Origin: Octopus vulgaris
Taxonomy: Eukaryota
Reading direction: 5' to 3'
Length of the DNA stretch: 64,000 nt
NCBI GenBank assembly: GCA_951406725.2
Contig: OX597817.1
Coordinates: 81,468,001-81,532,000 of the forward strand
A program made the position numbers and the translations under genes. The number at the start of each line of letters is the position of its first letter. The first letter of the stretch is position 1. Of the stretch, positions 52,048-63,297 are shown one piece after another. The notes beneath the pieces were generated by a model. It saw only the letters and a program-made list of their open reading frames with translations, was not told where the DNA came from and did not search any database.

Positions 52048-55000
52048 AAATCAAACCAAGGAAAAAACCATTTCCTTTAAAGAGATGGAAAACATCCAAT
52101 TTTTACTGGTACTGCAGTTGAATATCACAAATAAAATGGCATAAGTACAATATAAGGACAAAGGCGGCAAGCTGGCTGAAGCGTTAGCACGCCAGGCGAA
52201 ATGCTAAGCGGTATTTTGTCTGCTGCTACGTTCTGAGTTCAAATTCCGCCGAGGTTGACTTTGCCTTTCATCCTTTTGGGGTCGATTAAATAAGTACCAG
52301 TTACGCACTGGAGTCGATGTAATCGACTTAATCCGTTTGTCTGTCCATGTTTGTCCCTTCTGTGTTTAGCCCCTTGTGGGTAGTAAAGAAATAGGTATAA
52401 GTACAATATAAAAATATTAAAAGAAATAGAGAAATACAATAGACATATTAAAAATTTATTTACATTATAATATAATACAATTATACTATAAAAAGATTTA
52501 ATATAATATAATAAATAATTAAAACACATATAAATCGAACAACTTGTTTCGACTCCTATCCACTAGTGAATTTATAAAAATTCACATTTATGCGTATAAG
52601 TTTCCTCAGGGTAAAAGTGAATTTTTACAAATTCACTAGTGGATAGGAGTCGAAACAAATTGTTGGATTTATATTTGTTTTAATTAATTGTGATATTATA
52701 TTATATCATATCTTTTTATAGCATAATTATATTATAATGTAAATAAATTTTTAATATGTGTGTTGTATTTTTCTATTTCCTTTAATATTTGTGTGTGTGC
52801 ATGCATGCGTGTGTGTGCAGGCTACCTCAAAGATGACTGACAATGATCTCATCTTCGTGGCTGGGGATTTCAATGGACATGTCAGATGGCAGCCTGATAT
52901 CTTCCATGGTGTACATAGGAGCCACAGGATTGGTTCTTGAAATGAAGAGGGAATAAAGCTACTGGGGTTCTGTGATGCAAATAACACCAATTTCAGGAAG
53001 CCAGCCAGCCAGCCAGCCACCTGATAACCTACCAATCAGGTGACTGTGCTAGCCATATCAATTACATTCTCACCAGACAGTGGAATGCATGGTTGCTCTT
53101 AAATATAAAATCCCTCCCTGGTGAAGAATGTACTCATAGACTAATCATAGACTAATCATTAGTGACTTTAGACCCTAGGCCAGAAGGAAGCTAAGAAGCA
53201 GACCAATCTGGAAAAGAATGATTTGGAAGCTTAAGGACCCTTCATATGGTCAGAGATATAAGGACATCCTAATTGAGAAATTTGATGAGAGGGAGGAAGA
53301 GCTACAGACGTGTGACTTAAGGGCAACTGGGAATTTCTGCAGGATTTTGTGGCTGGTGCAAAGTCCCATCCAGACCTAGGGTAATGTGGTGATGGAACAA
53401 TACTGTAGACAAGGCCACTAGAGCAAAGAAACAAGCCTGGAAGAGTGGGGATAGCAGGGAACTGTATCAGATAGTTAGAAGGGAAGCTATGAGACAGGTA
53501 TATCTAGCCAAGGGAGAAGCAGAAAAGATGAAGTCTGCCTAAGTTTAGCAACATGAGGACCAAAGAACTGGAGTGTTTTGAATTGCAATGCAGTGAATGA
53601 GAGAAAATTGTGATGTCAAAGGAGAGAAATGTGTTCGCATGGATGATGGTACACTTGAATTTAATGATTCTGAAAAGAAAGAGGCTTGGAAATGCTCCAG
53701 GTATGGAAACAAAGTCTCTTCAGGTAGATGACCCTGCTTGATCTGTAGAAAAGGCAAAAGTAGAAACTCCATAAGTTATAAGCTTTGGACACATAGATGT
53801 AACAATATCAGAGGAAGGTTAACAGGGAAAATAGCTTTTGTATGTGGAAGATGCACAAGTACAATAAACGCCGAAAATGGACTCCATCAACTACCAGTGG
53901 AGTAAGCTAGAGGTAGCAGATAGCTTCCATTATCTAGGTGACCAAGTTAGTAGCTGAGGTGGATGCTCTGTGAGTGTAGCTGTAAGAATAAGAATAGTCT
54001 GGGAAAAGTTCAGAGAGTTCCTACCTCAGCTAGCTACAAAGTGCCTCTCCCTCAGAATTAAAGGCAGATTGTATGATGCCTGTCTGTGAAAAGCTATGCT
54101 ACATAGCAGTGAAACATTGGCTATGACAGCCAAGGACATGCGTAGGCTTGAAAGAAATGAAGCCAGTGTGCTTCGCTGGATGTGCAATGTCAGTGTGCAT
54201 GTTTGACAGAGTGTAAGCATCTTAAGAGTAAAGTTAGGCTTAAGAGGCATCAGATGTGGTGTGCAAAAGAGACATCTGCACCGATATGGTCATGTGATGC
54301 ATATGGACGAGGACAGTGGTGTAAAGAAGTGCTGATCTCTAACTGTGGAGGGAATCTGATAGAGGTAGACCCAGGAAAACATGGGACAAGGTTGTAAAGC
54401 ATGATCTTCAAACTTTGGGGCTCACAGAAGCAATGCCTAATGACCAAGACCTTTAGCAACACACTGTGCTTGAGAATACTCATCAAGCCAAGTGAAATCG
54501 TAATCATGGCCGATGCTGGTGTCACATAACTGACATCTGTGCTGGTGGGACCTAAAAAGCACTTTTTGAGCATTGGGCCTCATGGAGACAAAATAGCTGA
54601 GCTGTTTTTGTGTGTTGGCCCTCACAGAGGCAATGACCGAGACCTTTGGCATTATGTCACGCTTAAGAAAAAGAACCATGAAGCTAAGCAAAATCACAGT
54701 CATGGCAAATACCAGTGTCACACAAATGGCACCTGTGTTGGTGACACGCAAAAGCACCCATTACAGTCTCAGAATGGTTGGCGTTATGAAGGGCATCCAG
54801 CTGTAGAAACCATGCCAAATCAGATTGGAGTCTGATGCAGGCTCCCAGCTTGCCAGCCTTGGTCAAACTATCCAACCTATGCCAGCATGGACAACAGACA
54901 TTAATTGATGATGATGATGATGATAATGATACACACACACACACACATAAATATATATACATAATCGGAAAAATAGAATTACAAAATAAAAAGCAAAGAA

Positions 55001-55513
55001 ATCAAATATTAAAAAGAAAAACAATAAAAGTGTACAAAACCTGTAAAGAAGCTGAATGATCATTCTGACAAGCCAGCTCTTGTTCACATTCAGAAACTTC
55101 CAGTAAGTTATGCTGACCAACAAGACGAGACAGTTCACCTACAACAGTAACATGTTTGGAAACTGTTCCGGACATCTTCTTAAACTGGGGGTAATTCTCA
55201 ACAAAAGCCTGCAAAGCATGAAGGTAATTGATAGATGAAGCAAATAAACAATGGTGGAATAGGAAGATCATCATCATGTCAACTTTTCAATGCTTACATG
55301 GGTTGAACAGAATTTATTGAGGTAGATTTTTTTTTTTACAGTTGGAATGTTTCCTGTCACCAAACCTCACCTGTTTCCAAACAAAGTAATATTTCCCCAT
55401 GACAGATCATGTTTTTCACACAAGGTGTGTGTGTTTGTGTGTATGTATGTATATATATAAAAATATTTGAATGAAACAGTTCTAGTCCTGTAGAAGCTCC
55501 TTCTATAAAATAA

Positions 55514-55546
<33 letters not shown>

Positions 55547-55747
55547 TTACAGAGATGTACTTGCATAGCAAGTGACATGATCTGAGATCATGTGTTGGAA
55601 CAAAAACACTTGCAGTGTGGAAGGTGTTTATAAGCCATTTAAGAAACACACAAAATCCGTTAGATTCACTTCAACATTTAAATTTAATTTGTCAAAATAT
55701 TTTCGTTGCTTTGAGACTGCAACCTGTTCACTGACAAAATTCTGTGT

Positions 55748-55795
<48 letters not shown>

Positions 55796-58433
55796 CACAC
55801 ACACACACAGTATACCAAAAATGCATACACACTCAATTTTCATTTCTTTTTAGATTTAACCCATTAGAAATATTGGGTTCAAATTTTGGCACAAAGCCAG
55901 CAAGTTTGAGGGAGTGGGGCAGGATCAGTCAATTACATCGACCCTGGTGCTCGACTGGTACTTATTTTATCAACCCCAAATGGATGAAAGGAAAAGTCAG
56001 CCTCAACAGAATTTGAACGTAAAGACAGATGAAAAGCTGCTAAGCATTTTGCCTGGTATGCTTATGATTCTGCCAGCTTGCCACCTTACTCATTAAAAAT
56101 ATTGAAGGAAACCAGACTAAGCTTTGAACAAAGAAAAAATTTATCCTAAAGTTCTACTGAAAGTTGAATATGCAGTCAAAGTGCAAAATCAGTTTAGAAG
56201 GGAGTTTCAAACAGAGCCATAAATATAATTTATCATCACTCAAATTGGAGATAAATTTGAAGCAGATGGAACTGTTCAGAATGTCCACAAGAAACATTCT
56301 AGAAGATTATGGATATCGACGAGCCCTACAAAGCAAGAAAGGGTACTAGAAATACAGAGCCAGAGGTCAAAAAAATCTTTATAATAAGTGCAGATAACAC
56401 TCGCTCAAGGTGCTGTATGAGTGATTGAACCTGAAATCACATAGTTGAAGAGCCAATGTCTTAACCACACAACCAAGCTTGCACCTATACATCATTTAAA
56501 TTACTTGAGCATTTAAATTACTCAGTCATATGTAATGCTTATTTATTCACATTGTTTTGAATTAATCATATATTATCTTATAGGTTCAAGATTATGATAA
56601 TGTGATTGTTTATTTTTAGATTGACATAGTAAGGTAAGTGTAAGAGGCCTGATCTGGTTGGTTTGAACATAAAACTGGTAGAATATTTTGGTTAGATATG
56701 GCTGGTTTAAATGTTAGAGGTTAACCCTTTAGCATTCAGATTACACTGTCAAATGTAATGTTTATTTATTCACATTTTGATTAATCATGCATTGTCTCAT
56801 AACTTTGAGACTTCAATGTTGTGATTGTTTTATATTTAGAATGGCATTGTAGGATAAGTGTGAGAGACCTGATCTGGCTTGCTTAAACATGAAACTAGTA
56901 GAACATTTTGATCAGAAATGGCTTGTTTAAATGTTAAAAGATTAAAAGTTGCAATACTTTGGATATCTTGATCTTAACTAGCAAACTGTGTCCATTTATG
57001 GGATTGAATTATCAAAATCAAAAGACCTTCTTGTAAAAACAATTCAAAACAGTTCCCCCATTATCATCACTTGTGTCCCTTACTCTATGCTGGTATTGGT
57101 TGGATGGTTCAACAGGAACAAACAAGCTAGAGAGCAGTGCCAAGCTCCACTATCTGCCTGCTTTGGCATAGTTTCCACAGCTGATTCCCTTCCTAACATC
57201 AATCACTTCACAGAGGGTACTGAGTGCTTTTTGTAGCAAAATTTAATTAAATTGGTAGATAAAAATACATGAACAATAAGAAAAATGAACTGTACTTTCA
57301 TATCTGCAATTGATTCCACTTTAGCATGGCCTTTAGACTTCTTTTGAAATTCTTCCATAAGTTGTTTTATGTTGTTGCCAATTTCTCCAAAGTTCATGTA
57401 CAAATTCTGAAAAACGAAGATATTAATTTAGATGAAATGAAATTACTGAACAACAACAATAGTAAATAATACAGATCAGATGGAAATAGTGGTAACACAC
57501 ACACAAACACGTGTGTGTGTTACCACATATATCCACATATACACACACACACACACACTTATTCGCTTTCTCTTTCTCACTCCATTTTGCTCAATAGCCA
57601 CTTTTATGGTCATTCTCTCACAAACCAGCCATCTCAATATGAACACACCATTCCCATTTCTGCCAAAATATTGCCTGGATATTTATGCTATGAACACACT
57701 ACTCATACTTTGCTGTAATACTATCTGGATTTACCTTGGATTTTACCTAAGGATATATGAACTAACATCCATACCCTCTGAAAAATTAACTGTGAACTCT
57801 ATTTCCTTATTTCCTTACTCTCTACTCTTCCATAAAAAAGATAACAATGGCACTCTTCTTTTTTTGCTTCTATATGACCTGGAGGAGTAACCTCAATCCT
57901 ATAAATATTACCAAAATGAAGTGGATTGACAAGTTTATTTTTTGAACCTGTGGAAGACACACAAGATGTCGAAATATCATTCACTTGATAACAATGGCAA
58001 TCTTCTTCTTTTGCTTCTAATAATGATAATAATAATAAAGAGGAATATAAAGGAAATCAGAATGGAGTGCCCAGTACAACTGTTACAAAAGGTTTGCTTC
58101 CTTTGCACCATCAGAATAATCAGGAAAGTATTAGATAGTTGAAAAGAACAGATAGCATGGTACTGTAGGCTACAGGCAGCAAGCTTGCTATACATGCAAA
58201 ACTCTAGGAGTTCCAACAAAATCTGAGTTAATAAATAATAATAGTAATCCTTTCTAATTTGGGGACAGGGCCAGGAATTTTGAAGGGAGGAAGTAAGTCA
58301 GTTACATTGCCCTCAATCCTTAACTAGTACTTATTCTATCTACCTTGAAAGGGTGAAAGACCAAGTCAGCCTCAGAGGAAAATGCCATGAAGCATTTTGT
58401 TTGGTGTATTAACAATTTTGCCAGTTCACTCGC

Positions 58434-58477
<44 letters not shown>

Positions 58478-60496
58478 GCCGTAACTGAAGACAGCCACAG
58501 AAAGAAGAAAGGCCTCAGTATGGCCTGGATTGACTACAAAAAGGCGTTTGATAGCATCCCCCACACATGGATCCTCGAAACACTAGCCATTAACAAAGTA
58601 GCACCAACAATCATAAAATTCATAGAGCACTCTATGAATAAATGGCAAACAGTCCTACACCTCCAAACAAAAGAGGGACTCATGAAAACCAAAGACATCC
58701 CCATTAGAAGAGGAATATTCCAGGGAGACACGCTCTCTCCACTCCTTTTCTGCTTGGCACTGTCACCTCTATCTGATATGCTAAATAGAACTGGATGCGG
58801 ATATAAATGTTACGGCAAAACGATCAGCCACCTTTTATATATGGATGACCTAAAACTATACGCTGCAAATGACAAACAGCTGGAAACACTATTAAAGACA
58901 GTTCATGGATTTACCAAAGAAATAGATATGAAATTTGGATTAGAAAAATGCGCCAAAGTAACCATGAAAAGAGGAAAACTAGTTAAGAGTAACAACATCA
59001 CATTAGATAAAACCAATGAAATAAAAGAATTAGACCAAAGCCAAACTTACAAATACTTAGGAATCCATGAACTAGATAAGACACAACACACACAAATGAA
59101 AGAGAAAATAAAAAAAGAATATTATAGACGAGTTAGATCAATACTAAAAACAGAGCTCAATGCTAAAAACAAGATAATAGGTATCAACACTTTAGCTGTC
59201 CCAGTTATAAGTTACAGCTACAATATCCTTAACTGGACACGAAATGAACTGTCCAAAATAGATAGGAAAACAAGAAAAATACTGACAGGATCTAGGATGC
59301 ATCACCCAAAATCTGACATAGAAAGACTATATATACAACGTATAGAAGGTGGTAGAGGCCTTATACAGCTGGAAAACTACTATAAAATAACCGCCATAGG
59401 ACTGCAAAAATATCTACTTCAGAAGGAAGGAAAACTGATCCAGCAGCAAAACACGAGCAAAACAAAAAACTGTTCTCAGTATTTAAGGAAGCTGACAAAT
59501 ACAAACAAGAAATCATACCACCTAATAAACATGAAGAAGAAGAAGAAGATGATGAAGAAACAACAAAAGCTATAAAACAAATGAAATCCAAACTAAAAAT
59601 AGAACAGCAACGAACCATGATAAAACGATGGCAAGAAAAACCCCTTCATGGTAAATACTGCACTAAACTAAACGCAAAAGAAATAGACAAAGAAAAATCC
59701 CAGCAATGGTTGAGAAGCTCAGTACTCAAAGCAGAAACAGAGGGATTTTTAATTGCAGCACAAGACCAAAGCCTCCCCACCAGAAATTACCAAAAACATG
59801 TAATGAAAAGAAATATTACAAGTAACTGCAGAATATGTGGAGATGGACAAGAAACAATAAATCATATTATCTCTAGCTGCCCAGTCCTGGCTAAGAAGGA
59901 ATATATTCACAGACATGACAGAGTTGGAACCTACATACATTGGAAGCTATGCCAACATTATGGAATAACAACAGAAAAAAGATGGTATAGGCACACACCA
60001 GAAAAGGTCACAGAAAACGAGAAAGCAACCATACTCTGGGATATGCCGATACACACAGATAGAGAAATTAAGCCCAACAGACCAGATATAGTTGTCAGAG
60101 ATCATGAAGAAAAAAATGCTTTCTAATTGATGTATCAATACCGGCAGATGACAACGTGTCTCTAAAAGAAATGGAGAAACTCTCAAAATACAAAGACCTG
60201 GAAATAGAGGTAACTAGAATGTGGAATCTGAAAACAGAAACAATTCCTATCATAGTAGGTGCATTAGGCATGATAAAAAAATATTCAGACAAATACATAA
60301 CAAAAACACCAGGACTTACAAACACATATAACATACAGAAAATTGCACTACTAGGCACTGCACACATCCTACGCAGAACACTTTCCATACAATAACCATC
60401 AGAGCATCACAGCACATACCCAAGGCACACAGAGCTGCGCTCGGTAGTGAAGTGAAAGCACGCTATAAAAATAGAACTACTGAATAATAATAATAA

Positions 60497-60527
<31 letters not shown>

Positions 60528-63297
60528 AAGAAGAAGAAGAAGAAGAAGAAGAAGAAGAAGAAGAAGAAGAAGAAGAAGAAGAAGAAGAAGAAGAAGAAGA
60601 AGAAGAAGAAGAAGAAGAAGAAGAAGAAGAAGAAGAAGAAGAAGAAGAAGAAGAAGAAGAAGAAGAAGAAGAAGAAGAAGAAGAAGAAGAAGAAGAAGAA
60701 GAATGATATTGATAATAATAGCAACATTGTACTAATTTATACATTAAAGAAGCATTGGTTCATCTGATGAGGAAAGAATTACACAAGGGGTTAGAACTGG
60801 TTACCATTCCAGAGGGCAGTATTTTGAAGAATTAAATAAACAAAAACAGAAATAAAATATATAATGGCTTTAAGTAGCTGAAATACCAAAATCGGTAACA
60901 GTTTATGGGCTAAAAGTCTCTTACATTAGCGTAAAATTCATCATGCTCAGCAGAAAGGACTACTTCTTGGAGGTCACGTGAAATTCCAGGTACACTCGAC
61001 AGATTAATTCTGTTGTTGTTGATGGAAAGTAATTCATGAACCATTGCCTGATAGGTCCACTATAGTAAACAAAAGAAAGAGATAAAGAAAAAAATAAACA
61101 TTAGCTAATATTTCAACAGTAAATAAAGAGTTAAATAAAGATTGTTGTATGGTGCATGGGGAATATGTCCTGTGTTTTATATTTGATACACAGGACAGGT
61201 TAAGGACTAAAGGAAATTAAAATGCTTAAGTCTGAATTTTGCCAAAACTTCTAAAATAAGTGATATCTTCCCAGTAGTGAGTCATATAATTTGTGGCACT
61301 AATGACATTGTCTTCATGTTGTTTACCAAGAGCAAATCATTCTGGTAGCATTCATTCTTCTCTAATTTATACACCTCAATACAAGCATACAATCACTTGT
61401 CACTTACATGGAATATAGAATGCCCACTGATAACTGCAATAAACTTTACTTCCCTATGGTTACCCACTTATGGCCAAGTAAGCCAAGTCATTTGAGAGTT
61501 AAGTGATTTGATTAATCATTTAACACAACACTTCAACTCACAGATTACTTGCAAGCTACCTACAAGTACCAGTGTCTTAATGACACAGTATTTGTACAGA
61601 TTTACAGATAGAATTATTCATAAGCTACTTGGTTATTTTGAGAGGTTAAAGTTTCAATCCTATTATGGTTGACACAGACTGTAAGAGTTTAGTGCTATTT
61701 TAATGAAGGCTCCCCACCCATAAATTTTGTTTCTTTTTGATTTAGGCAGGAGTAAGTACATGTGCCCAAGATTGTTAAAGATTGATAAGGCTGGCATTTT
61801 ATTTAAATAAGTAGGTATCACAATGAATTTTTGATAATATTTAAATGCAATTTCTACTGTACTTTTTCCTGAAAAACATGCAAAAAAGAAAGCGTTTGAT
61901 ACCTCATTTGTGAAATTTGAATGAATATTTTAGGAAATATGACAATTTGAGTGATCAGTGAAATGGTTGAAATCTTGCCCAATTAGCCATATTTGTGACA
62001 TCATATCTTTGAAACTGAGGTTAAAATCATCTTCAAATTACACAAATTAATAGTGACCATGGTATAGCAGTTGCCTTTTTTTTTAGGTTTATGTAAAGCC
62101 TATTTTGTTATATGTCACAAACAGTCAATCTCACATGTGGGACTTTGTAAATGATGGAAATACCAGGATGTTTGAGTGACCCTGACATGATATGTAACTG
62201 TTGGATTTTAATTAAAATTATATGAGAAGAAAGTTCACATCCAAAACTTTCAAATGATTTTCCTCAGAAAATATTTGTTTTGACATAAAAATGATGAAAC
62301 AAAAACTACGTATTCACATGTTCAAACTGTGCTTGTCTCCACTGTATAGCATTCCATAATGATGCTGAGTGCAAGGCATAGTCTACAAGAAAAATGTGAA
62401 TAGGAAAAAATTGTAGACGACTAATATCCTAAGGTGAAGGCCTGGATGTACAAAAAACATCCACCAGATGGTAGCAAGATAAACAGTGTGTAATCAAAGT
62501 GGTTGGTTACTGAGATAAAGCAGAATATTCTATGCAGGCATAACTCTGTGAAAGCTTCTTCATGGATCAGAGTACAACACAAACAAGGTCTTGCTTTCCT
62601 CAAATCATTAAATATTTTACTTCAACAAGAATAAATGAAACTGAAGAATTTCGAAACTGAGAGAAAATATGGAAATGTAATGTAAAAATTAAATAATTCC
62701 TATAAAATAAACAGACCTCATTATTTGTAGCATGTTTTTCTCATCAGCTACAGTATACTTCGAAATAAAATATACATATATCTTTTAATTTTTTACTAGT
62801 TTCACTCATTGGACTACAGCCATGCTGAGGCACTGCCTTTAGTCAAGGGCTTAGTCAAACAAATTGACCCCAGTATTGTTTTTTTTTAAGTCTGATATTT
62901 ATTCTATCAGTCTCTTTTGTCAAAATGCTAAGTTATAGGAATGTAAACAAACCAGTAGTGGTTGTCAAGCTGTGGAAGGTAAGGACAAACACACACACAC
63001 ACACATGTGCGCGTACGTGTACATGACAGGCTTCCACACAATTTCTGTCAAATTCACTTGCAAGACATCTATCAGCTCAGAGCTATAATAAACGACACTT
63101 GCCCAAGGTGCTGTTCAGCAGTTGCAAAGTGAGCTTCTTAATCATATATATATATATATAGAAAAAATAGAAAATAAAAATAATACTTGATTCAAAAGCG
63201 GTGTCACAGCATCATCTCGTCGATCCAAAATAAGAAGCAGTGGAGTTATGTCTGTCTTTCGGAATTCAAACAAAGCTGCTTCCTTATTGATGACTTG
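31596..63297 (-). CDS. VPS45: VPS45, Sec1/Munc18-family vacuolar protein sorting protein (5'-partial gene model, 9 exons in window)
   Basis: Spliced translation matches VPS45 ([67 protein letters not shown]). Introns are GT-AG and phase-compatible. Confidence 0.97.
31771..32530. mobile_element. hAT-like MITE with nested SINEs; second copy ~39673-39924
   Basis: TIRs CAGTGGTTCTCAACC / GGTTGAGAACCACTG. Confidence 0.75.
34311..35560 (-). mobile_element. Mariner (irritans-like) DNA transposon with both TIRs and a frameshifted transposase
   Basis: TA TSDs; ~37-bp TIRs CGAGGG(GCG/CCA)TTCAATAAGTAATGCC(C/T)CTGACCCACTT; [26 protein letters not shown]; DD34D spacing counted. Confidence 0.95.
34416..35393 (-). 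pseudogene. Mariner transposase pseudogene split over several frames
   Basis: ORFs 35190..35393, 34799..35257 and 34416..34832 give consecutive transposase segments. Confidence 0.92.
35874..36615. mobile_element. Non-coding element with ~90-bp terminal direct repeats, embedded in (TA)n
   Basis: AAAATACAAAATGGGACAAGAA...TTCAGTCAAGA at ~35874-35959 and ~36516-36615. Confidence 0.7.
39975..41835. mobile_element. Fold-back / non-autonomous DNA element with ~550-bp imperfect TIRs; partial arm copy at ~62130-62370
   Basis: ~39975-40517 is reverse-complementary to ~41320-41835 (e.g. CACTTAGAAAAGAACAAT / ATTGTTCTTTTCTAAGTG). Confidence 0.85.
42684..42815 (-). CDS. VPS45: VPS45 exon ([18 protein letters not shown]...VHNSK)
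   Basis: Translated by hand; CAG acceptor, GTAAGA donor. Confidence 0.95.
43418..43456 (+). ncRNA. Minimal type-I hammerhead ribozyme-like motif (canonical core, weakened stem II)
   Basis: GTG-CTGATGA-(atggaaataacccc)-GAA-ATCACGAT-A-CAC. Confidence 0.55.
44900..45390 (+). mobile_element. Degraded RTE-type LINE 3' end
   Basis: Broken-frame motifs [25 protein letters not shown]. Confidence 0.6.
46063..46184 (-). CDS. VPS45: VPS45 exon ([11 protein letters not shown]...YPYLG...KDR)
   Basis: Translated by hand; CAG acceptor, GTGAGT donor. Confidence 0.95.
46820..47240 (+). mobile_element. Degraded RTE/BovB-like LINE 3' end
   Basis: [31 protein letters not shown] remnants. Confidence 0.6.
48405..48512 (-). 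CDS. VPS45: VPS45 exon ([10 protein letters not shown]...KRFLKGLK)
   Basis: Translated by hand; CAG acceptor (CAGAAG tandem), GTACGA donor. Confidence 0.93.
48700..49560 (+). mobile_element. Penelope-like element 3' fragment (GIY-YIG remnant) bracketed by an inverted pLTR copy
   Basis: [16 protein letters not shown] and [14 protein letters not shown] remnants; inverted repeat 48717-48789 / 49343-49416; degenerate hammerhead at 49487-49543. Confidence 0.75.
49637..49978 (+). mobile_element. tRNA-derived SINE with CORE-like segment; many older copies across the window
   Basis: A-box-like TGGCTGTGTGGT, B-box-like GGTTCAGTCCC, then TTGGGCAAGTG; lies in (TA)n. Confidence 0.8.
50106..50334 (+). 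mobile_element. Second tRNA-derived SINE family; copies ~36657-36862 and ~52162-52395 (15-bp TSD ATAAGTACAATATAA)
   Basis: GGCGGTGAGCTGGCAGA head, GAGTTCAAATTCC B-box-like, GCCTTTCATCCTTTCGGGGTCGATA central domain. Confidence 0.8.
50335..50449. repeat. Compound (TA)n/(TACA)n microsatellite, one of many (also ~11921, 27586, 49610, 49980, 50910, 55750)
   Basis: Directly visible. Confidence 0.9.
51408..51566 (-). CDS. VPS45: VPS45 exon (KVKNLL...[11 protein letters not shown]...KLRS)
   Basis: CAG acceptor, GTAAGA donor; protein match. Confidence 0.94.
51845..51929 (+). ncRNA. Near-intact type-I hammerhead-like motif
   Basis: GACC-CTTGATGA-stem II (TGCAGTGACT/AGTCACTGCA)-GAA-ACGTATGT-A-GGTC. 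Confidence 0.55.
52411..52790. repeat. ~380-bp AT-rich palindrome / fold-back
   Basis: TGTTTCGACTCCTATCCACTAGTGAATTT / AAATTCACTAGTGGATAGGAGTCGAAACA, with arms extending ~170 bp. Confidence 0.85.
52818..54925 (+). mobile_element. Internally deleted RTE-clade LINE (APE fragment, post-RT C-terminus, tandem-repeat 3' UTR, (GAT)n tail)
   Basis: [50 protein letters not shown] remnants; its tail matches the abundant short repeat family. Confidence 0.85.
55041..55208 (-). CDS. VPS45: VPS45 exon (AFVENYPQF...DHSASLQ)
   Basis: CAG acceptor, GTTTTG donor; protein match. Confidence 0.95.
55552..55745 (-). mobile_element. Short dispersed repeat between (TA)n/(CA)n tracts carrying a hammerhead-like fold; second copy ~63680-63803
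   Basis: ~125 bp nearly identical between 55618-55741 and 63681-63804. Confidence 0.8.
55688..55738 (-). ncRNA. Candidate G3-C8 variant minimal type-I hammerhead ribozyme
   Basis: TTTGTCA-GTGAACA-G-GTTGC(agtctcaaa)GCAAC-GAA-AATATT-T-TGACAAA. Confidence 0.5.
57296..57406 (-). CDS. VPS45: VPS45 exon ([10 protein letters not shown]...ESIADMK)
   Basis: CAG acceptor, GTACAG donor; protein match. Confidence 0.95.
58038..58230 (+). mobile_element. Severely 5'-truncated R4/Dong-like retrotransposon end
   Basis: C-terminal [17 protein letters not shown] motif; degenerate (TAA)n on both sides. Confidence 0.6.
58477..60482 (+). mobile_element. 5'-truncated R4/Dong-clade non-LTR retrotransposon (RT, CCHC, restriction-like endonuclease) with 2 frameshifts
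   Basis: [32 protein letters not shown]; CxxC-x8-H-x4-C; RHD, RPDI, KYKDL; (TAA)14 upstream and (AAT)5 downstream. Confidence 0.92.
60500..60703. repeat. Uninterrupted (GAA)68 microsatellite
   Basis: 204 nt of pure GAA, counted from coordinates. Confidence 0.97.
60925..61059 (-). CDS. VPS45: VPS45 exon ([11 protein letters not shown]...DEFYAN)
   Basis: Translated by hand; TAG acceptor, GTAAGA donor. Confidence 0.95.
63187..63297 (-). CDS. VPS45: VPS45 exon ([12 protein letters not shown]...TPLLNQ)
   Basis: CAG acceptor, GTATTA donor; lies in ORF 63142..63372. Confidence 0.95.

Noticed and set aside
54440-54760. Spaced direct repeats resembling a CRISPR array
   Set aside because: They are irregular tandem sub-repeats of the RTE 3' UTR in a eukaryotic locus with no cas genes.
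60407-60744. Poly-Phe and poly-Ser ORFs
   Set aside because: They are translations of the (GAA)68 microsatellite.
60764-60900. CTGATGAGG hammerhead-like start; similar weak motif at ~57943-57985
   Set aside because: I could not build a complete set of stems with an intact core.
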